From Octopus vulgaris (lineage: Eukaryota): a stretch of DNA of 64,000 nt. How positions within the stretch are numbered: position 1 is the first letter of the stretch; each line of letters begins with the position of its first letter. Location of the stretch: positions 54,870,001 through 54,934,000 of the forward strand of contig OX597819.1 of assembly GCA_951406725.2 (NCBI GenBank), in the 5' to 3' direction. Positions 12,201 to 27,644 of the stretch are shown here, piece after piece. The notes under the pieces are model-generated. The model saw only the letters and a list, made by a program, of their open reading frames with translations. It searched no databases and had not been told where the DNA came from. The translations under genes and the position numbers were made by a program.

Positions 12201-12381
12201 TTGCATGACACTATTGCCCAAGGTTCCCGTGGTCTTTTCCGTAGGCTTTTCTATCCACGAACAAACCTAATCTGTTTTCCCTTTTAACATTGACATTTGC
12301 CTGTGATACACGATCCACCAACAACGTTACAGCACCTGAGCAATCTGGGAGTAAGAAAAGAGTACAAAGATGTATAGGGCA

Positions 12382-12660
12382 GTAGAAGCGCGTGGCGATG
12401 TGGTCAGGCCGTTGCACACACGATCGTAAGATTGTAGGTTTGATTCACGGACTGGGCGATGCGTTATGTTCTTGAGCAAAACGCTCCATTTCATGTCCCA
12501 GGCCATTCAACTGTAAATAAATTCCACGACGGACTGGCGTCTTGTTCAGGAAGAATATTGTGCTCTCGGTCACTTATACGCCATGGAAACCGGGTAAGAG
12601 CCGTATGGGCTCCAGGGCTCGAGACAGAAATTTCTAGGAGATGATGATGATGATCACGAT
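12382..12660 (+). mobile_element. SINE family D, degraded
   Basis: CGTAAGATTGTAGGTTTGATTC...GTTCTTGAGCAAAAC shared with 55567-55826. Confidence 0.65.
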
Positions 12661-12683
12661 GACGATGATGATGGCTGGCTGGC

Positions 12684-12788
<105 letters not shown>

Positions 12789-13065
12789 TTCTTTATTGGC
12801 CACGCAGTGCTGAACACAGAAGGGACAAAATACAAGGTAGAGCTTTTCTTTTTGGGAAGAAGAGAAGGAAAGAAAAAAAAAGGTCGAATTCCGATCAAAA
12901 GGGATCGTGAAAGAAAAAAAAGCGGGGACGATCAATGGGGATCGTGTGTCACAGGCAAATGTCAATGTTAAAAGGGAAAACAGATTAGGTTTGTTCGTGG
13001 ATAGAAAAGCCTACGGAAAAGACCACGGGAACCTTGGGCAATAGTGTCATGCAAAAAGATAGATT

Positions 13066-13131
<66 letters not shown>

Positions 13132-13214
13132 ATATCAACTAATCATCTGCATGATAGAAGAAGAAGCGATAAAGAACCACAAATCTTTCGATAATATATC
13201 TTTTCTACTCTAGA

Positions 13215-13520
13215 CCCAGTACGCAACTAGTACTTAATTTATCGATCCCGAAAGGATGAAAGGCAAGGTAGACCTCGGCAGAATTTGAACTCAAAACGTA
13301 AAGACATACGAAATACCTATTTCTTTACTACCCACTAGGGGCTAAATACAGAGAAGACGAACGAGGACAGACAAACGGATTAAGTGCGTAACTGGTACTT
13401 AACTTATCGACCCTGAAAGGATGAAAAGCAAAGTCGACCTCGGTGGAATTTGAACTCAGAACGTAACTGCAGACGAAATACGGCTACGCATTTCGCCCGA
13501 CGTGCTGACGTTTCCTTCGA
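13215..13520 (-). mobile_element. SINE family B, tandem/dimeric
   Basis: Two cores joined at AAAGAAATAG|GTATTTC. Confidence 0.75.
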
Positions 13521-13771
13521 TGGTATATCAACTATGTGAATGGATTATCAAAGCATTTACAATCAGCCCAAATTCCACACCCAATTGTAAGTGCTATTCA
13601 ACACTTAACCAACGTTTAGTGCTTCAATTTATTACTTAGATATGATAACAAACGAATGAAACCTGATACTATGCATTATCTAAGAGATAGCCTATAGGGC
13701 GTTATTTGCACTTTACTCTATCGGTAAACTCGTTATCTTATATGCTCACAAAGCATTGTGCTTATAGAAAA

Positions 13772-14156
13772 CTAGCAGTATCGCCCGGCGTTGCTCAGGT
13801 TTGTAAGGGAAATAACTATAAAGCATTTTTAGAGAGTTATAGCCAAAAAATAGCAAAAAAATGGAAAAAAAATGATGGTAATTTTTTTTTTGAGAGTTAA
13901 AAAAGGTGGAGTTGCGTCCCCTAGACGGTCTGTGGTTTGGGTTTCTGATTCTCGACCCCATGTCGAATTTATCGATTTTTTTCAGAACTGGGGGAACTTT
14001 TCAAAATTTTCGCTGCGTTAGTTTTGAATTATGACATTGGGCTATGTGTGTGTCAAGTTTCATCAGAATCGGTTGAAAGCCGTGGTCAGAGTGAGGGTAC
14101 GAGAAAACAGACACACAGAAAACGCACAGACAAACTGCCGTTTATATAGAGAGAGA
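13772..14156 (-). mobile_element. Non-autonomous Helitron
   Basis: Minus strand starts TC, ends CTAG, has a subterminal hairpin (13784-13799), and lies between A and T with no TSD. Confidence 0.8.
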
Positions 14157-14489
14157 TTTATAACCTGAACCAATATTCTGTACTGGAGTTCCACCAAAAG
14201 TAAACTTACTGCACTGAGTTATATGTGAAGATGAGACTGACTATGAAACTAATAAACCCATCACGTTCATGTTGCGTGAGTTCATAAGAGCCTAGTGTTC
14301 CTATCAATAATTTCGTATCAGCTTTCCTGTGTTTCCCTTCTCTGAGCTTTGTATCGTCAAGCATCATTTGTCAGTTAAGCATTGGTGTCGATGTTATGTA
14401 CTAAATCCGGCCTCTCTGAATTGTTGACCATGTGCCTAAATCAGAAGCAAAACTAAGCTGAAAGGAGTGGCCAACTAAAGCAACCATAA

Positions 14490-14920
14490 TATTGGTTTCA
14501 AATTTTGGTACGAGGCCAGCAAGTTCTGGGGAGCCGACCCCAGTACTCAACTGGTACTTATTTTATCGACCCCTGAAAGGATGAAAGGTAAAATCTACCT
14601 CAGCGGAAATTGAACTCAGATCATAAAGACGGACGAAATACTGCTAAGCATTTTGTCCCACGTGGTAACGATTCTCTCAGCTCACTGCCTTAAAGGCAAC
14701 CATAATATTAGATTAAGAAGTAAGGCGGTGAGCTGGCAGAGTCGTTAGCGGCATTTCGTCTTTCTTTATGTTCTGAGTTCAAATTCTGCTGCGGTAGACT
14801 TTGCCATTCACCCTTTCGGGGCCGATAGAATAAGTTCCAGTTGAACTCCGGGTTCGATGTAATCAACTTATAACCTCCCCCGATATTGCTGGCCTTGTGC
14901 CAAAATTTGAAAACAATATC
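14490..14920. mobile_element. Head-to-head pair of SINE B copies with the alternative (B2) tail
   Basis: Minus copy ~14490-14692 with TSD-like GCAACCATAATATT (14480-14493 and 14696-14709); plus copy 14722-14920. Confidence 0.75.
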
Positions 14921-16383
14921 AGATTGAAATGTATGTGAGTTGAAAACGTTTAAAGTAATCTCTTATTCATGTATGGCTGTTTAAGATGTTTACGAATAAA
15001 TGCAAATAAAACGAACAAGGCCAACGTAGACACACAAGAATGAAAATTTATCAATTTGGAAGATGGGATGGGGTATCAGGGTACACATCTTTGATCATCG
15101 CTCGATACAATCATTTCCACAAATTAGACTATCCAAAATTGTACTAGTGTATTTTGGGGCTTTGAGGTGAATCTCTTCATTATTGTTGATAGATTGCGAA
15201 CGTAAGGTCGCATTGACAGCATTGTAATCCTCCGAATAATGCAATGCGCTGGGTTTCTTCATGCACAGTTATAGCATACTAGCTTAAAAGCCGTACTCCG
15301 TGCGGACTTTTGAGCTAGCTCCTACAGAGGGCTGATTGGGCCTGCAGCCTAGAACTAAAGGGAGCTAAATAGCCTGACTATAATACGTCTATAATGACTT
15401 CATGTCCTGGTGGTGCTTGACCAGAGGTTAAGGATGGATGAGAATTAATTCTGTAATGCAATTATTCTATTGTTCCAGTCCCAAGTTGAATTCCAATTGT
15501 TCGCCGATTTCTCCCAAAGTTCTGATCTCGACGTAAAATTAACGAAGCGAATGTCATTTATCTCCCGCTTGATCTCTGATGTCATCTGACAAGCGCCAAC
15601 CAAGATGATGTGAATCAGCCAAGCTTTACCGGCTAGAAATAACAACCAAAATGCTTTTAAGTCAGATCCCAATACTGGATATTCAAGAACCAAATGAAAG
15701 GCAGATTATCAATCCCAGGATCATTATGATTCCAAAAAGGTATAATATGTCTATGTAGAGAAAATGTAGAGTAAGCTGCAGGGGTCCCGGACAGACAGAA
15801 TTTCACATTTATTATTATAGACATAGATTAGTCTTAGTTTCCCTATAACAGTAGGAAACCGGACACCTTCCCAGAGTACCCACACCTTAAGATGACACTT
15901 CCCTAAAGTGGTCTTTATTTAAATTCTATCTTTTTGGGACTTCTGGTACTCGTGTCTCGTCCGTTTTTCTCAATATATATATATTATCAACATTGTTCTC
16001 TTACATTAGATCGAATAAGTCAGTGATCAGCTTTTGTCGTAATATTCTATCGAAAATCTCAAACATTCTGTGAACGTGGTCACCTTTTCATAAAGGTCTT
16101 TCACTCACTTTGCTTGGGGGGGGGGTGCTCCATTCTTTTTCTTCCCCCTCCCCCATCTTTCATTTCTTGGTGGTTTCCCACCCTTCTGTAATCTCCAATC
16201 CATCCTTAAGACAATCGAGTGGCGCTGCTAATCGTTAACTTGTCCTATGCTGGCAGCATAAACACTCGATTTCTTCGCCGTCGTCAACTGTTTGAAAAAT
16301 GTGTTTAAACATTCGAATGAGTGGTTTTAAGGTTGGCGCTGATTGGTGACGTATACTTAGTTCTGATGGTGTTATCACCTATA

Positions 16384-16449
<66 letters not shown>

Positions 16450-17139
16450 GCTTTAGTTTTACCTACTCCACTTCATATTTCATTAATTATAATTTCGTGT
16501 CTGAATATATGTTTAGCTGGGAGTAACTGGTTAAAATAAACTCAATAAGGTCGGTTGAAGCTAAGCAATAGTGTTGTGGATTTCCTGTTGGTTATATCTA
16601 AGGTTGTGGTTGATAACTTCCAGCATGACGTCGATTTACGTCTGTTTTCTCAATTTATTTTGAGTACTCTATAACTAAGTAAAATTTATTTTCATGGTGG
16701 CATTTACCAACTAACTCGGTTTTATTTAATCTTCTTTTTTTTTTTAATATAAAATGTCTAGTGACTTGGTCAAGACGAGATATTTTCTTTCGTTGCATAG
16801 GTTACAAAGAAGGCTGTCATTAATGTATGCATTGCTAAATACTAAAATTGATAATGGTTTAGAAATTGGGTGTGAATCACTTTCACGGGGGAAATTGATT
16901 AATCACAATCCCAATAGGTTCAATTGCATACAAAAGCTCCTCCAAATTCATTATCCTGAAGTTAATGTGACGTCTCCAGCAATTCAAACTTCAATAGCTC
17001 GACATTTCATCTGTTTAATCCTTCTGATACTAACTTACCTGACACCGCCCTTGTTTCCACGATGCAAAACTATCCATTTTCAAGTATCTAGAAATTTAAG
17101 CACTCTGTAACTATTTCTGTGAAAATGTTTTGTTGTGTT

Positions 17140-17358
17140 AAAGGTGGTGAGCTGACAATCATTAGCAGGCAGGGCAAAATGCTAAGCGGCATTTCGTCCG
17201 TCTTGGCGTTCTGAGTTCAAATACCCCCGAGGTTGACTTTGCCTTTCATCCTTTTGTGGTGGACAAAGTAAGTACCAGTTGAGTACAGGGGTTGATGTAA
17301 TCGACTTTTCCCTTCCCCCGAAATTGGTAATCTTGTGCCAAAATTTGGAACCAATATT
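17140..17358 (+). mobile_element. SINE family B, B2 tail
   Basis: Head and core plus CTTGTGCCAAAATTTGGAACCAATAT. Confidence 0.75.
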
Positions 17359-17417
17359 TTGTTGTTTTCTTCCAAACATTTACTTAATGCCGGAGAAGAT
17401 AGTTAGTTCAGTAAATA

Positions 17418-17981
17418 TTGGGTTGTGCGGAAAGTTCGTGCCGATTTTTAAAGGAAAGAAAAAGGTCAATAAATACTTGCCATTACCTTTTTAATCAACC
17501 AAGTATGAACCATTTTGTTGTACAATGCGTCTCTATCTTTCCTTTAACTTGAAAATACCCTCTTCTCAGAATTGAGGTGGTTTCATGACAAAGAATTCAT
17601 CAAGGTATCTTTTTACGTCATCCAAGGAATTGAAATTTTTACCATTAAGGCTATTCTGCAGAGACCTGAATAAGTGGAAATCCGAAGAAGTAATATCTGG
17701 TGAATATGGAGGTGGGGTAAAACATCCCAGCCGAGCTGCAGCAATTTTTGTCTGGTTCCCAAAGCATCAGGTGCCGAAAATGAACTTTCTTATCTTCCAT
17801 TTTAAAGGGTTACAAAATTAACACAGGTTATAGGACATAAACCTTCTTCCACGAAAAGATAGCTTAAACTGTGCTCTAAATGGAAGTGTAGTCAAATCCT
17901 ATTTTATGGACTCAACCACGTTCTAAAATAAGTCGAAAGTTAAACTACTATAAATCGGCACGAACTTTCCGGACAACCCAA
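17418..17981 (-). mobile_element. Internally deleted mariner transposon
   Basis: ~30-bp TIRs TTGGGTTGTGCGGAAAGTTCGTGCCGATTT and TA TSD (17416-17, 17982-83). Minus strand 17735-17491 gives PPYSPDITSSDFHLFRSLQNSLNGKNF...QQNGSYLVD* with stops. Confidence 0.92.
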
Positions 17982-18803
17982 TACTTTCAAATACTTGATC
18001 AATTTAACAAATCGAAACCTACAGATAGTATTTCTTTAGAAATACGTTTACAAAAAGATTAAAAAAAGAATGTTATTAAATTTTAATTTTTGTGTGCATG
18101 TTTGGTTTAAGGCTGGCATCGACTGTATGAACATTTATAATTCTGAGTTAGTTTACTCCAAGTAATTCTGCGTTCACCTAAGGAGAGAGATTTTTTTTAG
18201 AAATAAAAGTAACAGTGGAATAAGAAGCAACACATCAAAGGCTTTCCAGAATCGACCTAGAGCTATACATCAACAACAAACAGTGTTGCAATGAAGATAG
18301 TCCTTTCCTAAAGAAATCTTAGAGAATTTCAACCAAAGACTTTAAATTAAATAATGTTTCCATCTTATTTGCATTATGAAAACCATACAAAGACATAAAA
18401 GAGAATGCCTGAACTTGCTGATCAGAACCTTTACAAATAACTCTGAAGTTTGCATAAAATTAGCGAAAAAGCTTTAATAATCTTTAGATACTATGTCCAA
18501 GTATTGACGCTCTATAAAAAATTTTTTTAATAATTTATTTAATTAAAAGTATTTGGAAGTAATGTGACTCATTTTTATCTAATAGATTTGTCAGACGCCG
18601 GTTAAATGCTGTGACCAAAGATAGACAGCATTATGAAGAATATTTGCGAAGATAAATATGCTATTTCGATACATATTCCACAAATGTAATAATGACATCA
18701 TCGGAAAATGAATGACATCACTACAAGGAAAATAGTCTCAACTGGACCTGTGACAGATATACATCATTCGTGACACTTGGAAGAACACGCTTTTTCGCAA
18801 TAC

Positions 18804-18891
<88 letters not shown>

Positions 18892-19253
18892 AATGAAATA
18901 TGTTATTAATAAAACAGATTACAAGCTAGAAGCAACCATATTGCTGGGTGTGTAATCCACATCATCATTAGTTGTTTCTTAAAAGTTATTTCTTCCATCT
19001 CGAAGAACATTGCCTTCGTTTAAAAAGGTAACGAAATTAAATACTTAACTTGCAACATCAAATATATTTCAGTTTCATTTCATTATTGTTTTCACGTCTC
19101 AGTAGAAATTTACTAATTAAAGAGAACTTGTTTCATGATAAAGCGTGTTTTCACTTCGAAGTAACCACGCCTGCTTTCATCATTCGTTATGATGTCACCT
19201 GAATTTAATTGCATAACATGGATTTTAAGTGGCAGGATTCTAAGCACCCACTT

Positions 19254-19335
<82 letters not shown>

Positions 19336-19368
19336 TATTATTATTATTATATATATATTCATATATAT

Positions 19369-19419
<51 letters not shown>

Positions 19420-20008
19420 GATCTCCAACTACACCAGACTAGTTTTGTTGGCATACTGTATTTTCAACAATGTAGACGCGCTCCATTGCTGCCATGGATT
19501 TCAAAAAGTGACATCATTATTTATCTCTCGCAAGCTTTAATCCTAAATCATAGAGCTGACTCTAGTGAGATCTCGGAAGACTGAGATATTGGGCCGAAAT
19601 AACACACAATAAGGCTGTGTGGTTAAGAAGTTCACTTCGTAACTATGTAGTTCTGAGTTCGATTCCACTGCGATGCACCTAGAAGTATGTGTCTTATACG
19701 ATAACCTCGAGTTACACAATACCTTGAGAGTAGATTTCAGTCGATGGAATTGTGTGGAAACCCAACGTCTGTCTGTCTGCTTATCTATCTGTTCATTTGT
19801 CTCTATCTGTGTGTGATTATGCGTGCGCGCATGCTGCTTACATCTTTCGCTGCTGTACTTCGACAACATCAGCGATGGATATAAGCATCATCGATAAACC
19901 GATAGACCCGTGGATATCCCCCTGTCCCATTCACCGCCAGAAAAGCACCAAATCAGTGATAGGCCTACTGGAAGCCTATAATTTACAACGCTATTTTTCA
20001 CAAATGGT

Positions 20009-20222
20009 AAAGGCAACGAGCTGGCAGAATCGTTAGCAACGCCGGGCACAATCTTTAGCGGCATTTCGTCCGTCTTCATGTTCTGAGTTCAAAGGTCTTT
20101 CATCATCGCGGGATCGATAAAATGAATATCAGTTGAGCAGTGGGATCGATCTAATCGGCTTGCGCCCCTACTCTACCCCGCCGGAAATTTCTGGCGTTGT
20201 GCCAAAATTTGAATCCAATATA
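20009..20222 (+). mobile_element. SINE family B, B2 tail, degraded
   Basis: Head plus GTGCCAAAATTTGAATCCAATAT. Confidence 0.7.
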
Positions 20223-20579
20223 AAATGAATAGTAATTGTAAAGAATTCATGAACACCATTTCTGGCTTATTGGAACCATATAGGAAAGATTAGCATTGTT
20301 AAGAAGCAAATCTGTGAAACGTCCCACATTTCTTCGAGCCAACACTGGAATCTTTGGAGGTTTCTTGACCTGCTAAAAACTGAAACTAAGTCTCTCTTAA
20401 ACCGCACAATAATATTCGCACAATATTAAAGATAGAAGGACGCATTTACATAATGCAATTCTAGATACAATATGCCTGAAACAAAGAAGGGCTGGAATGG
20501 TTCTGATCAGAGCTCTACTTAGTAATAACTGACCCGATGTTCGTCAATAAGCAATAACAACAAAAAACACCTAAGTATT

Positions 20580-21035
20580 TTTTATTTCTTTATTGCCCAC
20601 AGGAGGCTAAACATACTGGGGACAAACAAGGGGATTAAGTCGATTACATTGATCCCAGTGCCTAACTGAAACTTATTTAATCGAAGGCGACGAGCTGGTA
20701 GAAACGTTAACGCGTCGGGAGAAACACTTAGCGGTATTGCGTCTGCCGCTACGTTCAAATTCCGCCGAGGTCGACTTTGCCTTTTATCCTAAGTACCAGT
20801 TACGCACTGGGGTCGATATAATCGACTTAATCCGTTTGTCTGTCCTTGTTTGTCCTCCCTCTCTATGTTTAGCCCCTTGTGGGTTGTAAAGAAATAGGTA
20901 CTTATTTAATCGACCCCGAAAGGATGAAAGGCAAAGTCGACCTCGGCGGAATTTGAACTCGGAACGTAATGGCAGCCGAAATACTGCTAAGCATTTCACC
21001 CAGCGTGTTAACGTTTCTGCCAGAGTGCCGCCTTA
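20580..21035. mobile_element. SINE B (+, 20685-20899) nested in SINE B (-)
   Basis: 14-bp TSD ACTTATTTAATCGA at 20671-20684 and 20900-20913. Confidence 0.85.
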
Positions 21036-21269
21036 GCGAAAAAAACAAAAGAAGTAACCTCCTTTTCTAAGCATTGCAAGTGTAGGCATGGCTGTGTGGT
21101 TAAGAACCTCGCTTAGTATCTACATGGTTTTGAGTTCAGTCCCACTATGCGTCCCCGAATGGCACTATGCGGTACCTTGGGCAAATGTCTTTTACTATAG
21201 CCCCGGGCCGACCAAAACCTCATGAATGAATTTGATAGACGGACACTGTGTCCAGACCCGGTGTGGGAT

Positions 21270-22075
21270 CTTTGTGGTTTTCCTCAGTTTACAATCATCT
21301 TTAAAAAAATTTTTTTAATGTATCATATAGATGTAATTTTTGACGCTGAATCCAAATTTCGTATTCATTTATACCAGAAAAAAATTGCAAAAATGTTACA
21401 GGTGTCCAAAGTTTGATAATTTTCAGAATGTTCAACCAATCAGAGGACAGGGCGTTCGCTGCCTCTTCTATCATTAGGATGTGGGGCATCGGTATGTCAG
21501 AACATTAAGCTAGCTACAGTAAACAAACCAACAGGAGTTGCTAGAAATATCAGTCAAAACATTAAAATATACACGAGCAAAGTTAACCTTAAAACATTCG
21601 CGAGCAAATTAAATATTTAAAAGCTACAAACAAACCAACAGGAGTTGCTAGAAATAATAGTCAAAACATTGTTTTAAACAGACATTTATTAGTTTAAAAC
21701 ATTCAAGAACGAAAGTTTGCAATACATCCTAGGATTTTATAAAATAAATTATCTTTCTCATATTTCCTTCTCCACATAAATTCACAAAGATAAGAGTCAA
21801 CCTTTGGACGGTGTTTTCCACACCGGCGTTTGTTTCCTACACTCCTTTCCGCATGCGCAACATTTTTGGTTGCTATGGAAACAGAGTGTAAAATACTTGC
21901 TTCTGATAGGCTAAAATACCCAAATTTTGAAAATTTTAATGGCTAATAACAGTTTAATTATAGATTTATTGGGAAAATGAATTTCATTTTCATAATTAGT
22001 ATACAAAACTTAATCCATATACCAAATTTGAAAACAATTGAAGCAGAATTGTAAACAGTGACGAAAACCACAAAG
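21270..22075. mobile_element. ~800-bp TIR-bounded non-autonomous DNA element
   Basis: CTTTGTGGTTTTCCTCAGTTTACAAT versus ATTGTAAACAGTGACGAAAACCACAAAG; internal ~50-bp direct repeat; no TSD found. Confidence 0.6.
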
Positions 22076-22092
22076 TGTGTTTAGCTCCGAAA

Positions 22093-22262
22093 CACTACCG
22101 TAGCTAGGTTGGTGGCGGGGAGTATAGGGGCACTCCGCCCGGGGCAGCACTTTGGGGTCTGCTGTAGGCAATATGTGTGTGTGTGCGTGTGTTTTATGTG
22201 GGGTCCAGGGGCGGCAAACGGAAGGACCGCCCCGGGCGGCACACACTCTAGCTACGCTGGTG
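22093..22262. mobile_element. hAT-like MITE, 170 bp
   Basis: CA...TG ends, 15-bp imperfect TIR, exact 8-bp TSD CTCCGAAA (22085-92, 22263-70); related fragments at 3412-3452 and 26149-26275. Confidence 0.85.
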
Positions 22263-22423
22263 CTCCGAAAGGTTCTGAAATGGTGCGTCTTTGAGAAAAA
22301 ATGGTAATTGAGTTTCGAAATCTGCGTTTCAACGAGAAGGTCGTCTGTAAATAATAATAAGAAATATAATTTACTACGAAAACTTTTAAAGCAACAACTC
22401 TTCCACTCTCTATCTATCACCAC

Positions 22424-22474
<51 letters not shown>

Positions 22475-22494
22475 TATATATATGTATATATATT

Positions 22495-22980
22495 CGAGCA
22501 AAACGCCCCCCGTCCTATGGACGGTGCTGAGTTGTCAAACATTTAAGCCAAATTTTCTCAAAACAACTTGTCCGACCGTCCCACAAAGCCTCCCCTTTGA
22601 GAAACACTGATTTAACCTAAATTTGAGACACCAGCAAAAGAAGAAATAAAGATAGACGTTTTTCTATTCCAAGAAAAAGGATTTTACAAATGCACGTTCC
22701 CACGGCTTTATCGATCGCATTCTCGCCTGGAATCGATTTTTGTAATTATTTCAAGACTTATACACGCCCTGATACCGTTGGTATGTACACTACCGTCAAA
22801 TTTGCAGTGAATCAAGGTATGTGCTGTCACCTAGATGTTGCGAGTTCACTGTTGCGCAGAACGATGGAGGATGCCCGAGATCCTAGAAGACACAACAGAC
22901 AGACAGAACGGATTTTATATAATCAATATATATAGAAGACACAACAGACAGACAGAACGGATTTATCGATATATATATTT
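22495..22980 (-). mobile_element. Possible degraded non-autonomous Helitron
   Basis: Hairpin CCGTCC-TAT-GGACGG (22510-24) near a CTCG end; the other end has ACAGACAGA..TTTATAT like the 13772 element. Confidence 0.4.
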
Positions 22981-23001
22981 ACACACACACACACTCCCTC
23001 T

Positions 23002-23050
<49 letters not shown>

Positions 23051-23051
23051 T

Positions 23052-23107
<56 letters not shown>

Positions 23108-24088
23108 GTATATGTATTAACTTTCGCGCATTGCTTTCATTTTGTTTACAACCTCGTCTTCTAATGTTTATTTTCATATTATGAGAGCTATAACACACAA
23201 ATCCTGTTTTCTGATTGGATAAAAAAAAAAATTTAAACCTCTGTAACATTCTCCCAAATTTTTCTGGAATAAATGAGTCACAAACTCGGATTTGTCGTGT
23301 AAAAGTACATTAATATACCAAATTTGAAAATTTCCACTCAATTTAAAAATTTAAAAATCTGTGACTGCAACATAAAAGATCTCTCTCTCTCATTTTTCGC
23401 TTTTCTCAAACTCTTTCCGTCTCTCTACATTTTTACCACACCATCTCTCGCTCTCTGTAAAAGTATATCGCTCCCGCTGTGTGTTTTGTGTGTGTGTGTT
23501 GTGTGAGTGAGTGTGAGTGTGTGTGTTGTGTCAGTGTAAGTGTGCCTGCCTGCGTGTGTAAAGAATTTCATTAGGGTGACAGAGTGATTTAAAAACAATG
23601 TAATTTATTTTAATAGCATACTTTTCAGCTGTTTTTCTTATACACATGTACAAGCGTGTGTGTGCGCGCGCACACACACACACGCAGGTAGGCAGGCAGA
23701 ACCACACACACACACACACACACACAAATACAGACGGACGGACGCGATTGATGAGGGGTAGGTGCAAAATTTATTGATGCTTAATTCGCAGCAATGGATC
23801 ACCGCATCACCGTTCCATAAAATCAGCAATACATGTAAAAGTGACAAATAAACGAAGAAGGTACCACGTGGTCGTGGGATGTGCTAGACACAACAGCTAA
23901 ATTTCCATTAAAACACATATCTTTCCGTCTGAAAATCATTTTGAAATTATAAGTAGAAACAAATTTCAGATTCGGACTGTCCATATTTTAAACCTATGAT
24001 TCTAAAAAAAGATTCGGGGAAAAGCCAATATTTTAGGATTTATGGAGAGCAGGGGATTGATGAAAAAATTAGAAAAGATTTCACTATT

Positions 24089-25628
<1,540 letters not shown>

Positions 25629-27044
25629 AAATGCTCAACACTGTATTTGGTCGACAAATATCATTTATTTGTGGATTAATAGTACTACCAATGGTTTCGT
25701 GTGGAACGCAATTCACACTTCTTCAAACGCCCCACTTTAGAATGATGGCAAACGCATCTATTTTGGATGGGGCTGCTTTAATAAAAAAATATTTACCCAC
25801 CAAATACGGTGTTGCGCACGCGTTCTCAACTGTTCAACACTGTCGTACCAGTGCACCCGGTATTTTCAAATATCGGACGAGCACTAAGTACGAACATAGA
25901 GTCAAGACAAATCATGGAGAAACACAAACTGGAAATTTTTTTGTTGTAACTTAACATAAAAACAAACATTAATATATGTCTGTCTGTGTATGTGTATGTA
26001 TATGTATTATGCATGTGTATTTGTGCGCATGCTTATTTGTTTGTTCCCGCCCTTCAGGCCTGACAATCGGTGCCGTTTTGTTTACGTGCTTGTTTGATAA
26101 AAGAGACAGGTAGAATAAGTACTAGTTTAAAAAGTAAGTATTGGGGTCCGCTGGCGTAGCTAGAGTGTGTGCCGCCCGGGAAGGCCCTACCGTTTGCCGC
26201 CCCCGGACCCCACAAAAAAACAACAACACATATTGCCTACAACAGACTCAAAGGTGCCGCTCCTTTAAAAGTGTCATCCAGGGCCGACATATTCGACAAA
26301 CCTTACAGGGCATTGCTCTAGCATGGTTGCAGTCCAATGACGGAAACTAGTAAAATAGTTAAATAACTAGTATACAGAGTGATGCAGTTATTCGTCTCAC
26401 AAATTCATTCGAATTCTGTTGAGTTTTCAATACTTTTATTTTTAGTTTTCAGCGTCTCGGATGCATAAGTGTTTGTGTGTGTATATGTACATACATGACA
26501 GAATCATTTTAAAACATTGACATATATAGTTCTCATGTTTCTAATATAAAAAAAAAACAACAAGCTTTATATCCTCCCTACAGAGAGAAAGAGACAAGGA
26601 GACTGGGAGACAAAGAGAGAGAGAGACAAGGGGACTGGGAGACAAAGAGAGGGAAAAGGATATATTGTTATAAATTTCTTGTTTCCCTGTTTTTATCTCG
26701 CTGTCTATTTTATTCCATCTACAGTATAAACGAGGTCATTCAATCTCCTAGCTTGTTGACATCTGTAGTCAAAAGACCAAGTTGTTAAGAAAAGGTCAAA
26801 AGGCCAAATATACATATTATCAGTAGGAGAGAGAGGAAGAGGGAGAGAGATAGAAAGAGAAAGGGAGGGGGAGATACAGAAGTGACGGGGAAGAGACTAT
26901 TATTATTATTACTATTTATTATTTATTTATTTTTGAAGATAGTCTTCTCAACCGACGGACGGCCTTTACTGAGGACACTAGGAACTAGGGTGCGTGAAAG
27001 TTCGGTTGTCTGTGGGATCTAGTTATTTATTTATATATATATAA

Positions 27045-27456
27045 AGGCGCAGGAGTAGATGTGTGGTAAGTAGCTTGTTTACCAACCACATGGTTCCGGG
27101 TTCAGTCCGGCTGCGTGGCACCTTGGGCAAGTGTCTTCTACTATAGCCTCGGGCCGACCAAAGCCTTGTGAGTGGATTTGGTAGACGGAAATTGAAAGAA
27201 GCCCGTCGTATATATGTATATATATATATATATGCGTGTGTGTGTTTGTGTGTCTGTGTTTGTCCCCCCAACATCGCTTGACAACCGATGCTGGTGTATT
27301 TATATCCCCGTCACTTAGCGGTTCGGCAAAAAACACCGATAGAATAAGTACTGGGCTTACAAAGAATAAGTCCCGGTCGAGTTGCTCGATTAAAAGCGGT
27401 GCACCAGCATGGCCGCAGTCAAAATGACTGAAACAAGTAAAAAAAAAAAAGAAAAA
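27045..27456 (+). mobile_element. SINE family A
   Basis: Full length. Confidence 0.9.
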
Positions 27457-27644
27457 TATATAATAACCTCCCTCCCACCCCTAGTAACTGGCGTGACAAC
27501 TGACAATTTAAAACAAAATAATTCAGGAATATTAAATGTGTTACCTTATTTATTAGGGTCTCATTGCACTTATGTGAAACGAATTTGGTAGAAAAAAAAG
27601 CCTAAAAACATAACTGTTACCATTAATGTTATCATAATGTGAGA

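Noticed and set aside
15886-15913. CTTAAGA-T-GACACTT..AAGTGGTC, possible HHR relic
   Set aside because: The core is mutated and no GAAA follows.
26940-27020. CTGAGGA-CAC..GTG-CGT-GAAA
   Set aside because: Three extra bases before GAAA and no stem I; more likely a minus-strand LINE 3' UTR fragment next to (TAT)n.
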